The position numbers and the translations under genes are program-made. Source: Nemertoderma westbladi (Eukaryota; Animalia; Xenacoelomorpha). From it: a stretch of 64,000 bases of DNA. The stretch is from the NCBI GenBank assembly GCA_032718475.1, contig JAUCBJ010008670.1, positions 1 through 64,000 on the forward strand, written 5' to 3'. A model generated the notes under the pieces. That model ran no database searches, had not been told where the DNA came from, and saw only the letters and a program-made list of their open reading frames with translations. Each line of letters opens with the position of its first letter. Position 1 is the stretch's first letter. Positions 1 through 13,567 of the stretch are shown here, piece by piece.

Positions 1-129
1 TGATATACAGCAAATGATATATTGTGAAAATGAGATATTGTGAAAATGAGATAGTTACTAGAGTTTTAGAGTTACAGCGATAGTCACCAGTAACTGGTTC
101 CATCTGGTAATCAGTACATTCGGAGTAGC

Positions 130-715
130 GGAGGGATCGGCAATCCAGCACCATCCTCCATACCCAGATCAATGCGCCACTTTATCCTCGACCACTTTGA
201 TGCAATGAGATGCCCCTCGAATTATGGCGAACTGCATATGGCGGCGAATCCACCCAATGACTTTGATGTAAGGTATGTCCCAGTTGTGGTGTAACCAGTC
301 AGCAAAGATCCTCAGGAGCTTGTTGGCCTGTGGTTCCAGATCTCCATCGCAAGAGACTACGAATGGATCAAAGTTTGCTCTCATCTGTGTCGCTTGTTCC
401 TCATATAGTGCGGATTTAGCATCCTCCGCAGATTCTAGGACCCTCATAGGGGGGCGTCCCACATACGACTCAGCCCTGCGTCAAGGTTTGTGACACTGAT
501 ATCCGACAACGCCTAAGTCTGCGGGTTTGGATGCCCCCCAAAATCCTACATCAGATCGAGGCCCTGCCTCTCCACTTAATCCAGGCTGGTCTCTAACTAT
601 GGGTTCCGACTGTCATGTTTCGTGGTCCAAATGTTAGAGAGGCCAAATCCCCAACAATGTGACTAAGTTCTATGTCTTTGGGTTATGAGGCCACCTTTTT
701 TACAGTTAAGTTCTT
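130..715 (-). mobile_element. 3' fragment of a restriction-like-endonuclease (CRE/NeSL-type) non-LTR retrotransposon
   Basis: ORF 169-462 (FDPFVVSCDG...WDIPYIKVIGWIRRHMQFAIIRGASHCI) resembles the C-terminal RLE region of CRE-type elements. Upstream minus-strand frames give CKKGGLITQRH (Zn knuckle) and RSDVGFWG, broken by frameshifts. Confidence 0.75.
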
Positions 716-1202
716 GGAATAGATTTATTAATTTCTGGTTTTTAGGTTTAAATTTTATTAATTAATAAATTTAGTAAATTTGTTAACTAAAGTATTATCA
801 GCATATAAATTGCATTGGTAAACTAGTTTCATACTATCAAACTTTTATTACTTTTATTTAGGATATTGTTCGGTCGAGTTCGAGCAGTATATGAACAAAG
901 TGTGCCAGACGACATGTCACACCTGCGATGCTTTAAAGGAGAAAAACAACAACTAAGCAGGCGACGACAAATGAAAACCTTTCATTAAACAAATTATGGA
1001 TTAAATAGACATGAACTTATTGTTAGCTTGTTATATTATGTTGTGATGGAAAAAATATTTAAACTTCACTATGTTACTGCAGCAAAAAATAAAAAAAAAT
1101 ATGTCATTCAGTTCAATATTAGTTCCATACTCTTTTCAATTATATATACAGTAACCACAATGAATACTTATATTCAGAATACGAGTATTAAATTTACTAG
1201 AG

Positions 1203-1229
1203 ACGGGCCTAGCAGCCCGTGAAGCTAGT
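1203..1229 (+). mobile_element. Helitron-like 3' terminus
   Basis: Hairpin ACGGGC...GCCCGT followed by CTAG|T. The 5' end was not located. Confidence 0.45.
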
Positions 1230-2560
1230 TGTAGGAGACAGTACAAGTCAAGTAAAAGTTTTTTGTTCTGTCTGATAATAAATTAGTGTGAGGGTAAAAG
1301 GGTGTGTGGTGTACGAGAAATTAGACAACTTCAAGCTATAATTATTATATTGTAATCATCTAATGAATTATAACAGCTGTTGTGATTATAGAAGATAGAG
1401 AGTGGTTAGCGAAATGATTATTTTGTTCCATTGGATAGAGTAGTTGGAGGGGGGTCGAGGTGTCAATTGATTAATAATAATAACAGCAGTTGTCATGAAT
1501 TCAATACAATCGTACCAAAGAAGTGATAAGACAAATTCGTTCTTATTTTTGTAATAAATAAAACAAGTTGAGATGTTTCAATGTAAACCGCGATTAACAA
1601 TTTACACTGCTGTTCAATGTCATCCACGATATTATTAATTAAATACATCAATTATATTATTATTATAACAGAGTACATTTCACTACATGTAGTAGTAACA
1701 GATAGTCAACATAAGTATTCCGTCTAACTAAAATTCAATCAGCTGGCCTGCCACCTAACACAGCGCAGTGAGTAGGAAGTAACCTTGTAGATATCCCATA
1801 GGATTCACTGAAAAGAGCTATTCAGCTGATGGGGTAATACTTTACAAACTACTATCTGTCTGGGATAGCGTGACTGAGTAAACACAGTCTTAAGAAACTT
1901 GGCAAGTAATATACTACTTCTCTGCAGTTTGGGCCAATTCAATATAGCATTCATTTACTAGGCCCTCTCTATCATTTCTTTATCTTGAGCTCACCAGCTG
2001 GTGTTTCTATCATTGAGTGTATGGCAATTTTCTTGTTATGGGGCTATTTTTCGAAATAAAATAAACCTAGTTGAGATGTTTCAATTTAAATAGCGATTTT
2101 ACAAGTACCCATAGAAATCTATTTTCATGGTTCATGCAAAATTTCATCAAAATCGTCAGAGCCGTTTTTGCTCTAAGTCAGTAGCAAGTAGTCAGTAGCT
2201 TTTTTTCTTACAGTAATCAAATCTTCTGACTTGCTAATAATACCGGTACGACCAAGTGCTGTTGTATTATATTAGTACTGTATGATTATCCCTAAAGAGT
2301 CTGCATTAACATCATTCTGTGAGATCATTAAACACTACCCTATTTGTGCTGTTTTTGATTGAAATATATATTTTACCTCGATTCTATAATGATTGATTGA
2401 TATAAGGAAAATGCTAAAGCTTATAAACTCAGCCTTTACTGCTTTACTGTTTACTTGCTATACCGGTAGGCCTAACAATACATGTCAGAATAACAGTACG
2501 GTACTCACCATAAAACCCCACTTAGGATATGGCCTAAAATATAACATACATAATAATATA

Positions 2561-3995
2561 CCAACACCTTTTCCTTTTAAGATCCATAATTTGATTATGG
2601 ATCTGATAATAAAATAAAATAAACTTCATGTTGTATAAATATACTAGACCTTTACTACTACCACCATCACCTTTAGTTTTGGAATGATAAACATTGTTCT
2701 AAAATAATCTCAGTTAAGTTAAGGCATCAGTTAACTAATTATTCCTGAATGTGGACTCAGTTAATCATTTATAAGTTAAACGATCAAGCAGGTGTTGAAT
2801 CCTATCACTTCTCTGGAGAACTTGTCCTGTGGAATGCTGCGATACTAGAAGTTTCGGTCGGGGTTTCACTACTATGTGTTCACCTGTCGAAGGCATCAAC
2901 TCAGTCTGAATGGGACTAATATGGTGGCGGTTGCACCATAGAAGATGGCCAGATGGGAAGCTGAGCCAGTATTGGCGGCTTTCAGAAAAACCAACCAAAA
3001 TTGCGAATCGGTCTCAACATTTCGATATGACATCCTGTACAATAACTGTGGCACCTAGTGGAATTGATGCAAGTGGTACAGCAGAACTATCGTAATAAAA
3101 CTTCCTCTTGGCTGCTGAGTTAAGTCTTTTTAGATCCACGGTATCAGCACTCTTCTGTCACTCTGGCGAATAAGCACTCCACCGGAACCAATGATCTAAG
3201 TGGATGTCCAAATAGCATTTGGGATGGGGAAATTCCGTCCTCATTCGGTGTGTTTCGATGTTCTAGAATCCAACTAAGAAATTTATCACTTGTTATGTCA
3301 CCACCAGCTTTACATAGTAAATGTTCACCTTTTTCACGTTGACCTCGGCCTGGCCATTTCCCTCTGGATGATATGGTGATGATGGCGTCAATTGTACACC
3401 CCAGTTTTTGAGAAAAATTATCATTTCTTCGGCTAGTAGTTAAAATGATAGGCACCCCTAATGTTACAAAATAATGTTTAAATATACTAATAGTGTCTGT
3501 TGCAGATGGAGTTCTTTGAAATTTATCTACTAATGGATAACCTGAATATCGATCAGCATATACAATATATACAGAATCACTAAAATGAAATAAATGTGTT
3601 GGATCATTGGCTCTCGTGTTTGGGATGGCTGATAACGCTGACAGTCTGTGCAAGCTTCAAATATTTGAAGTATAACCGGGCCAAAACACACATTCATTGT
3701 CTTGCCCTCCACTTTGTTCATTCAATTCATCTTGATGGATGGCATGTAGCTTTTTCAGGACATCCTTTACAGCTGATTGAGGAATAACAATTTGTTGGCC
3801 TCTGAGTATAAGTCGATTCTCAATACAAAGTTCATCCTGAAATTTCTTGAATTGATCAACATAAGCACAATCCATATGTCTAAAATTATTTGAAATGCAA
3901 TTTTTCAATTTTTGATAATTTAGATCAACTTTGGCACATCTCCTTAGGTTATCCAGTATTAAATCAAGTATCATGTCTGCAGCATTAATTACCGG
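2561..3995 (-). mobile_element. Degenerate Ty3/Gypsy LTR retrotransposon 3' part (integrase, PPT, start of 3' LTR)
   Basis: Frameshifted integrase pieces (LILRGQQIVIPQ, CTDCQRYQPSQ, ADRYSGYP, LEHRNTPNEDGISPSQMLFGHPLRS). Minus-strand polypurine tract AAAAGGAAAAGG (2567-2578) is directly followed by TGTTGG. Confidence 0.85.
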
Positions 3996-3996
3996 A

Positions 3997-4232
3997 AGCA
4001 CGGCAATTCGGTCTTGGTCAATTCGGTCCGGACAATTCGGTCCCGACAATTCGGTCCTGGACAATTCGGTCCCATTAATTTTGTGTTTTGGGACCGAAAT
4101 GTCCAGGACCGAATTGTCCGGGACCGAATTGTCCGGGACCGAATTGTCCGGATACTGACTAGGACATTTCGGTTCCAAAACATACATATTAATGGGACCG
4201 AATTGTCCAGGACCGAATTGTCCGGGACCAAA
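3997..4232. repeat. 15-bp minisatellite (GAATTGTCCGGGACC) in inverted blocks; end of a foldback/MITE-like element
   Basis: Tandem 15-mers in both orientations, truncating the Gypsy integrase region. Confidence 0.85.
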
Positions 4233-5139
4233 TTTAATTGGTACTATAATAATGGGGAATGTTCTAGAATCTTAATAAATTTTATTATATGGTAGCTAGT
4301 GTTTTTTTACTAGCTAGTATTTTTTTGAAAATAAAAAAGTTTTACTTTTTTTGTTAACATTATTAGTTATGGTAGGTAGCTATGATGTTTTTATAGAGCT
4401 TGTGAATTATTTACTAGCTAGTAATAGTATGTATTTAAAATGTTTAAAACTGATTTTTTTTTATAAATTGCGTATGTAGTATACTGTATGTGTTGGTGGT
4501 TGTTTAACAAGCCTAAATTATTATACTAGATAATAGCTGGATCTCATTCAGGGACTGTTATAATATCATCAATTATCCCCCCCCCCCCCCCCCCCCCCTC
4601 GCAAATCAACATGTTAGTAAAAGGTTACCCAGGCACAGCACTAGCTTTGCTATTGTGTCTAAGTAATCTCCTAAATTGTAGGCACCAGTCAATGGCGACT
4701 GATAAACAATAACGTTTAGTAATTATATTACTATTCTATACAATTTTTGGTGCGGTGCATCTGTATTGTTTGTGAGGTATCTTGAAATTATATTGAATAT
4801 TATATTGAATCAATATTTTTGGTAATTAATATAATCTGCAACAGTTTAGGCCTAATTCCGAAATATCAATGTTTTCACAAATACTTTTAAAAAAAATTTA
4901 AAATTTTAAAATTTTTTTTAAAAATTTACCACGATGATACCACGGTTATTATAGTGTAGTCGAACTTTCGAAACGGGGGAATTCTCTAACACCAAGCGAT
5001 TTTGGGTCAGAGGTCTTTAATGATATATGACAGCCTATAGTTAGTTCTGGGGGTAATGGTAGCTCATACGTGATGGCTTTACAGACCACTACATTATTGC
5101 AACTTTCCTCGTCCATGTCCAATCCCTGCTCCGCACCCT

Positions 5140-5290
5140 TTTCTCGAGTGGAGAAAGCGATCTTCCTCCATTTATTCCTCAACCATATCGGCAGTGCCTG
5201 CACTATGCTTGTGATGTTACTTGAAGCATTAAGTTCGTATGGTGCTTCTAGCGTCTTCCAAAAATTTGTTAAATTGCAATGAGTCATATC
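5140..5290 (-). mobile_element. BEL/Pao-like gag fragment
   Basis: ELNASSNITSIVQALPIWLRNKWRKIAF resembles BEL/Pao gag; short and isolated. Confidence 0.5.
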
Positions 5291-5764
5291 ATAATATTAT
5301 AAGAACCATTAGCTTCAGCAACTAACGGGCATCAGCTGAACCTATTCACAAATGATTAAAAATTATCCCCTCTCCAAAAACTATAGTATAGAATCACTTG
5401 AAGTGACAAAACTAATGCAGTACTATGCTACAATGTAGTACTATGCTAACAAAAGTTCATATTTTCCTCTGATAGGTTATTTAAAAGTCCCGTCAATATT
5501 CCTAAACAATAACACCAAATGCAATACTAAATGTACAGACCAATACAATGTTGTAATGTCCTCTAATGTTGTAAAGTGCTAAATAACAACTCGCTGTTAA
5601 TACTAAAGGCGTTGAGTAATGTTGCAATTTTGGAATAAAACATTATTACATTACATTTTTCGGACCTCATCAATACGCCGCCAACACCAGAATAATATTG
5701 ATAATGATTCCCTATGTAAAACCAAGAGATTAGATCAGATCAGTAACATAGACACTGGCAATAG

Positions 5765-5948
5765 ATTAGCCGTAACGCGACAATTAGCCGTAACACGACA
5801 ATTAGCCGTAACACGACAATTAGCCGTAACACGACAATTAGCCGTAACGCGACTCTTAGAGTAGCTGTACCACGATTCGCGTTACGGCTAATCACCCAAT
5901 TCCAAAATATGAGCCGTAACGCGACAGTAGCCGTAACGCGACGACACC
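5765..5948. repeat. 18-bp minisatellite (ATTAGCCGTAACACGACA), probable DNA-transposon subterminal repeat
   Basis: About 5 tandem copies, one inverted copy (5878-5892) and two further copies ending GACGACACC. Confidence 0.85.
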
Positions 5949-7999
5949 AGTGGGATGTTAGAAGATAAAGCATTACAGGCCCTAATTGATAGACACGTGT
6001 CCCTGATTAATATTTAATATTAAATATTAATATTTTTACATTTACACGAGGTGACGAGAGGTGAACTTTATTATTCAGAATAAATTATCTTGGCCGCAAA
6101 ACACTCCTTATGTCCGTTTTTTCTGCTTTATTTTTTACGTTTTTTGTCCATTTTATTTTTACTTTATTTGTCCCTTTTGTTTTTACTGTTTTTGATTTTT
6201 GTGTTTTATTTATTTGTTTTTTGTCATTAATGACATTAATGACATTAATTACATGTCTTTATAGCATTTAGAGAGGATATATACCTAATAGTAGTTACAG
6301 GTTTGGGAGAAAATGGCGGTTTTTTTTGTAACGTAAAATTTCGCAATGTTCCAAAAAAAAAATCATTAACTGTTATTGCGGTTATTCCGGTTATTTTTTA
6401 AAATATATCAAAGAACTGATAAAGTTTTGGGTAAAAGAACTCTAATATTTTAAAATCACATTGAGGCTTGCTTCTAAATAGCTATATTTTCAGTAATATA
6501 GTTGAGATTTTTATGCCCTCAACAAGTTACTAGTGCATTACATAGTCTCTAGCACCATTCACTAGAGAAAAAAATGAGCAAAATCATTGAATGAGGCCTG
6601 AGGACAACTACAAAAATTTGTGCTCGCCTCCAACTTACTGCAAGAACAAAATCCCCTGTCATTAATTGCGCCTACCTTTCATTCAGTGGTCTGTTGAATC
6701 AGAGTGAACTAATATCATTTATATAACATTATTTACCCTTCTCCAACTACTTTGAAGGAGGTTTTCCTACATACAAAAATATTTTATTTAATTAAAAGTT
6801 TTAAATTGCATTTCCTATTAAGGTGCATCACCAAACAGTTGAGGCCGGACTGTTATTAATTTTAACTATTGATTTCTTAAATTTCTTTCTTACAAATTCC
6901 TTAGAAATAATACGACAATTCTTTATTATAATATAATACCTCTAACTTCCAATCATCGTCTAGACTCTTTGACAATGGTGAAATAAATTTTTTGCGCTAC
7001 AAACGCACAAGGAATGTCCCGCAATTCATTTCAATCAATAAGTAATATTTTGAAATAATAACTCAATTGTTCAAAGTTGCCAAATAATTGGAATGTCTGG
7101 AGTAATTTTGTGATGGGTAGGTGGCCCATCCCTGAACTACTATATAAGGAAGAGTTGGTGGAGTTCGGTTCATTTGTTTATACAAAAACTTGGTTACAGA
7201 CAAACTAACTAAAATACAGACAGAGAAACGAGTAAAAACAGTCTAGAACTGGCATCATCTAATGTCGGCCAATGTGTTAATTATAAATTCTTAATTTTAT
7301 TTAACGGCGGTGAGTGAAAACGGGGAAGTCAACAATGACATTCCCGTTTCGTCTGGGCGTCTGCCTTAAGGCAGATGAATTCGGGATTTCGAGTTTAATT
7401 ATAAACTGTTGCAGTGGTTGTGTTGTAGATGCGGTTGTAGAGATGGGGTTGTATTATTATGGCAGTGGGACTATCCATGGAGTACTATATTCTTCTAAGT
7501 ATAAAATATATAATCTTTCATGATAAAATGACAAATATGCGCGGAAAGAAAGGGTGGTCCAGAAACAGCCACTCATAATTTTTTCACCATACATAAATTA
7601 ATTATGCAGTGATTTTCTATTGGAAATCATACATACCTGTAGGATGCAGGTATGAACTACTTACGTATTTATTCAAACATTCACACTGACAGTATTTCAT
7701 GTGTGTATTATGTACACGTACTTAATTGTACAATATAAGTTAGGTTAATTGTACAATGTAAGTAGTTACTTAAGACATTAATCAGTTGTAACGTGTACTG
7801 TATTATATTACTCGAATATAATAAATATGTAATTATTATCAAACACACTCACAATTAGGCGGTTTTAAAATGTTAAATAGCTCTCTATAGACACAATAAT
7901 TCATAATTTTGCAACTATATGGCATTCGTTTTGACCGTTATACGCATAATATGCGTCATACGTAAGTTGTACATAAATCAAAATGCATTTATTACTTAA

Positions 8000-10055
8000 C
8001 CCTATCAGTACCTGGCTATAAAATGTTGTACAAATACCGGGGGGGGGGTCATATTGACCCCCCCTCTAAAATCTACAAATTTTTACGAAAACGTCTGATT
8101 TTTTGTTTGTACGTAGGTATCACTCACTAGGTCTGGATCCGACCGAAAAAAAAAATTTTCGAAAAAATGTACTGGGGTGGTTATATTGCAGCACAAAAAT
8201 TGCAAGTAGTGCACAATTTTCACAAAATTTGAAAGTTACATTTTTCGGCTAATTGTTTTTCAATACAGGTTTTCTGGGGCGCAAAATAGATTGGAAAATA
8301 TTTAAAAATGAAATGGTTACTATAAATGGCGGTTTAGTCCTCTCTGCGTAGGAAAAAAATGAAAAAAACAAGTAACCAGCACATTTCAGTTTGAACACAA
8401 AATTTTTAATTCACTTATACGATGCTATAAATTCACATTTTTAGGTTTTCTTGGGCGCTGATTCTAATGGAATACATTTCTAATATGCCAGCACATTTCT
8501 AAGATTGCAACTTGTATTTTTCGGCGTAATTTGGCAAATTTTGGTGCTAGCACCAAATTTCGTACCCATCACCAAAAAGTACAAGTTTGCGATGTCCACT
8601 GCTGTTTTTATTGATTCCATCGGATTCAGGACGCTCATAAACCCATATAACGCAAGAAACAAGATAATACTATTTTCTGATCAATTTGTTTATTTTCAAA
8701 AATTTGGTGCTGGCACAACAATAATACAAGTTTAAAATCTCTTATGAAATTTTTACTGATTCCATTGATTTCAGAACCCTCACAAACCCGTATAACGCAA
8801 GAAACAAGGTGACACAATCAATTGATATATTTGGTGGATTTCAAATTTTGGTGCTAGCACCACATTTTGCACCCACTTCCGAAAAATACAAGTTTGATAT
8901 GTGTCGTTCGATAATTATATATTCCATTGAATTCAGAACACCCATAAACCTATAACGCAAGAAATAAATTGTTACAAGCAATTTTATCTATTGAATGGTT
9001 TTCAAAATTTCGTGCTAGCACCAAAATTTTCACACAGCACCGAAAAATACAAGTTTGATACGCTTGGTGCAACTCGTATATATTTCATCGAAAACAGAAC
9101 CCCAAAAAACCCCAATTGCGCAAAAAACAAGTTTCAAACAATCTATTTACAAAAATGACATATTTCAACATTTGGTGCTGGCACCAAAATTTGGCACCCG
9201 CCGAAAAAAACAAGTTTGAAATTTCTAAATCAATTTATATGAATTCCATCCAATTTCTAACACCAAAAAACCGGTGTAAATCAAAAATAGAGATGTTACA
9301 ATTCATATTTAATGAAATGAATTTTTCAAAAAACGCCTCAAATATTTGGTGCTAGCACCACATTTTGCACCCACATCCGAAAAATACAAGTTTGAGATGT
9401 CTAGTTCGATAATTATATTTTCCATTGAATTCAGAACAGCCATAAACCTCTAAAACGCAAGAAATAAATTGACACAAGCAATTTTATCTATTGAATGGAT
9501 TTTCAAAATTTCGTGCTAGCACCAAAATTTGAACACAGCACCGAAAAATACAAGCTTGATACGCTTGGTGCAACTCGTATATATTTCATAAAATCCAGAA
9601 ACCCAAAAAACCCCAATTGCGCAAAAAACAAGTTTCAAACGATCAATTTACAAAATTGACTTATTTCAAAATTTTTGGTGCTGGCACCAAAATTTGGCAC
9701 CCACCGAAAAAAAAAAGTTTGAAATTTCTAAATCAATTTATATGAATTCCATCAAATTTCTAACACCAAAAAACCGGTGTAAATCAAAAATAGAGATGTT
9801 ACAATTCATATTTAATGAAATGTAATTTTCAAAAAACGTCTCAAAAAAAGTGCCAAAAGTAGGGTTAAAAAATTGTGCTATAACTCGAAAACTACCCAAT
9901 ATTTTTGAAAACGGTTTTCACTACTAGGAAGACAATAGATTTTTAGGAAAAGTCATAAAATTTCAGAAACTCAACTGCGTTTGTTTCAGAATTATAATAA
10001 AAAAACCACGGGAAGGGTCATATTGACCCCCCCCCCCCCCCCGGGTTTAATAGGG
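8000..10055. mobile_element. Non-autonomous piggyBac-like element with internal tandem repeats
   Basis: TTAA|CCCTAT...ATAGGG|TTAA (TTAA at 7996-7999 and 10056-10059). G-run/GTCATATTGAC/C-run motif near both ends. Internal ~125-bp units with TGGTGCTAGCACCA. Confidence 0.85.
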
Positions 10056-10869
10056 TTAACTTTATTCTACTACCCATTACATATCATGCCGCATGTGTAT
10101 GTTAGACATGCGATTGTACATAAGACAAAGTATTGATAAATTTAATTTGACTTTCGACAAATTCCTAAGTGTAATTATTATAATAATAATTTGAACAATA
10201 ATAATAATACTATTTAGGAAGATTAAATACATTTTCCTATAGTCAATCAATAAAGACATTTTTCTATGCTAAACCAATGAAGATATTTTACTACATGTAT
10301 GGTCAATCAATAAATACATTTTTTTGCAAGACAAATTATTAGAATACCTCGAATAAGATGTCGGTACTGCGCACATCCCTAGATGATCTATATAATGCGG
10401 AGTTGTATGGTGGTCGGATCATTCATCTACCTCACCTATCATGTAAAAGTGGGGCATAACGACAGCAATCGAAAAAAGTGATCTCCGGCTCAAATTTGCC
10501 GCATATGAAATATAGATTTGTTTATTATTTTGGTTAGAGTACGACAATTTAACCTGATCCTTCCGTATAATGTTTTAAATTAAATTAAATTACGTTTTTG
10601 AACCCAGTAAACGCGCACACTTTTGGTGTTTGTTGTCATTTTGCATCTGTCCGTACCTCGTACTTAGATACGAATATACAAACAGATAAATTAATTAATA
10701 GGTATTGGAAACGTCAATATTTGTTATATAATTGTTTACAGTATATTAAATTTTAAAATAATATCATATTGAGAGGGTTAAGTTTATTTATGCTGTGTTA
10801 GAACGCGTTAGGGCTCTCTTACAGTTTGCGTGCCACCTATATTATCTTCAATATAATTATATTTATATT

Positions 10870-11200
10870 GTAATATACTCTACGTATAATTACATTTTGT
10901 CAGTTTGTTACGTTTAAATTTTTTATACTAGCTAGTTTTTGTTTCTTTTTTTTAATGTTCTAGAACATATTATCTCTTCATTTAATATAAAAATGTTGCT
11001 CACTAGCTAATTTGTAATTTTTTTTTATTTTTTATTGTATGTTATCTTTGTATAAATTTTTTATACTAGCTAGGAAGATTAAAAATATTTTCCTATGTTC
11101 TAGAACATATTATCTATTCATTTAATATAAAAATATTGTTCTAGAACAAATCCTTTTTATTCTAGAAACACTAGCTAATTTGTTAATTTTTTAAATTTTT
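10870..11200. repeat. Degenerate AT-rich tandem repeat (ATACTAGCTAG / TGTTCTAGAACA units), continuing at 11692-11759 and 12385-12450
   Basis: Repeated TTTTATACTAGCTAG and TGTTCTAGAACATATTATC blocks, interrupted by two insertions. Confidence 0.65.
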
Positions 11201-11208
11201 TATTGTAC

Positions 11209-11678
11209 TACTACTACTTCTAGGTTGAGCGAATTTGGACAGTGGAAATGAGTTTTTGCTACTCTCTATCCATGATCCAAGGTACTGGAAGTCGTCGACC
11301 TTCCTTAGTTGATTATTATCAATGGTTGTCAAGTTCCTATTAACATTAAAGGTCATGAATTCGGTCTTGGTAGCAATTATATACAATCCAACCTCCTTAG
11401 CAGCCCTCTCCATTTTATTTAGTAGAAGCTGTGCATCTGCTAACGTATTAGAGGGCAGGGTGATGTCATCCGCAAAGTCGGTGTCTGTGACTGTAGTTGC
11501 CGGATATCTACTACTTCTGTGTTCTTGAAATGTGAATCCCAAAATCGTCACCCTTTGTGGCCGTCCTCATTGCGTAATCCAGCACGATTACAAATAGTAA
11601 TGGTGCTAATGTGTAACCTTGCAGTACACCAGCCAAGATTGAGAAAAACTCAGATTCACCATCTGGTGTGAGAGTACC
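11209..11678 (-). mobile_element. 5'-truncated, internally deleted RTE-clade LINE
   Basis: RT motifs (AGVLQG.TLAPLLFVIVLDYAMR, DTDFADDITL, FQYLGSW), (TAG)n tail, and a 13-bp TSD TTTTTTATTGTAC at 11196-11208 and 11679-11691. Confidence 0.9.
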
Positions 11679-11759
11679 TTTTTTATTGTACGGTATGTTA
11701 TCTTTGTATACATTTTTTATACTAGCTAGTTTTTGTTACCATTGTTTTTAAATGTTCTA

Positions 11760-12384
11760 TGTAAGCGGATTCAATTCCCTGCACTACCCACCGAAAATGG
11801 GCTTAGTGGCATTATAACAATTATAGTTGGCGAGGTGACATTACCAATAATGTCACCTCATAACCGACTCAGGCGATACGCATCGCCAGCTACAGGGAAA
11901 GTTGAGAGGTCAAACCATCTCAGAGGGACAAAGGGGCTAGGAAGGCCAGCACGTGGGGACAGTGGCAACAGGGAGTGGCGAGGTGACAATTAATCAGGTT
12001 AAGCCAATGATGGGTGGGGAAAACACATTGGAAGTGATTAGAGCGCATCTATTGGACAGGCCACTCAGTAGAGTAGAGGTGATTAATATGTGTTAAATAA
12101 TATAACCGTTGCACTTATTGATTCTGATTCAGTTTGTTTCCATACAGTTGTGAGACCGGCACAGTTTTTAACCGTCGTTGTCATTACCATGCTATTATAT
12201 TCTGACTGTGCTATTATTACATTCTGTGATTACAACGACTGACAGTAAAAACTCAGTTATTTCAACGGCCTTCGGCCTATTATATATATCCAGACTACAG
12301 CTTTAGCAGCCTACGGACGAGGCGACGCGTATAACACACACCGGTCGGGATTCATTACTGCCAACTCCGTTGGATCCCGTCACA
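11760..12384. mobile_element. Solo LTR (625 bp)
   Basis: TGTAAGCGGAT...ATCCCGTCACA termini with 5-bp TSD TTCTA (11755-11759 / 12385-12389). The flanking repeat resumes across the insertion. Confidence 0.85.
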
Positions 12385-13567
12385 TTCTACAACATGTTAT
12401 CTATTCATATAATATTAAAATTATTTTGTTCTAGAACAAATATTTTAAGATCATTTTATTATATCAAAAAAATTGCTATAATGACACGGCAAAGTATAAG
12501 TGTCCCCGTGTTAGAACGAGTAGGAGCAGGTTACAGCGGCACGTTGTTCTAAGCAAACACAAAAGATAGAATCGGGAAGTCTGGAAGGATCTCATTTCAA
12601 CTGTACAAGCTCGCTCGACCTATATACAGTAGATAGTACTTACTTCCAGTCAGTCAGATAGACTCATTCGTTTTACATTTTAATTAAAATATGAAATTGC
12701 TGCAGAATTGCTCTACTCCAGAAGACATACATAAATACATGGGTGTTCTTATCTGTCAAATATGTCTCATTAGATGTTGCGAAAGCATTCGTTCTTTTAG
12801 CAAACTCTTGTTAATATGAGTCTTTATTTGAATTATTATTGACAAAATCGATAAAACAATTTTAACATGAAATTTAAATTATTTTTTCAGAAACTTGAGA
12901 AATAATTAGAGGTTTTCTCTTCCACCCAGTATTCTCTGCATTACACTTATTACAAGCCTACTATATAAATATAGATATGTCAAAATATAAATCTCGCTAC
13001 ATATCATACAATACAGTATGTGCATGCGTGCCTATTATTCAAAACTTTTAATCTTAAATTATTGTGTTATAATTTACAATTACTCTATATTGTTTGGGGT
13101 GTTGAATACGCCCCCACTATATACTGCACACCATCTCCCTTAATACAACAACCATTTTTAGGGGGTCGGAGTCCCCCCTTCCCCCTAATTTTGTTCAAAT
13201 CTCAATAAAATACTATAAAATTTGGTATGATGATAGTTCGACACCTTTTCTTGCAGCTGGCCTGGCCGGATTTTTCAATTTCTCAGTTATTTCCATACAA
13301 CAAGCCTTAAAAAATGTCGATTTTTAAAGTTAAAGCACCCCCGTAGACTTTATTTTTGTCTTTGGAATGTAATCTGGATATCATTAGAACCGTATTCATC
13401 TGCAGATTCCGAATCAGAAACCCGTTTTAAATTTTACCAATAACTTCCTGAGATATTATCAAAATACTAATGTGCAAATTTTGAGACGTAAAACGATATG
13501 ATTCTAATTTTTTGTCTTTATTCTAGAATATTAATTACTATTTAGCTGAGCGTTTAAAAACACAGAC

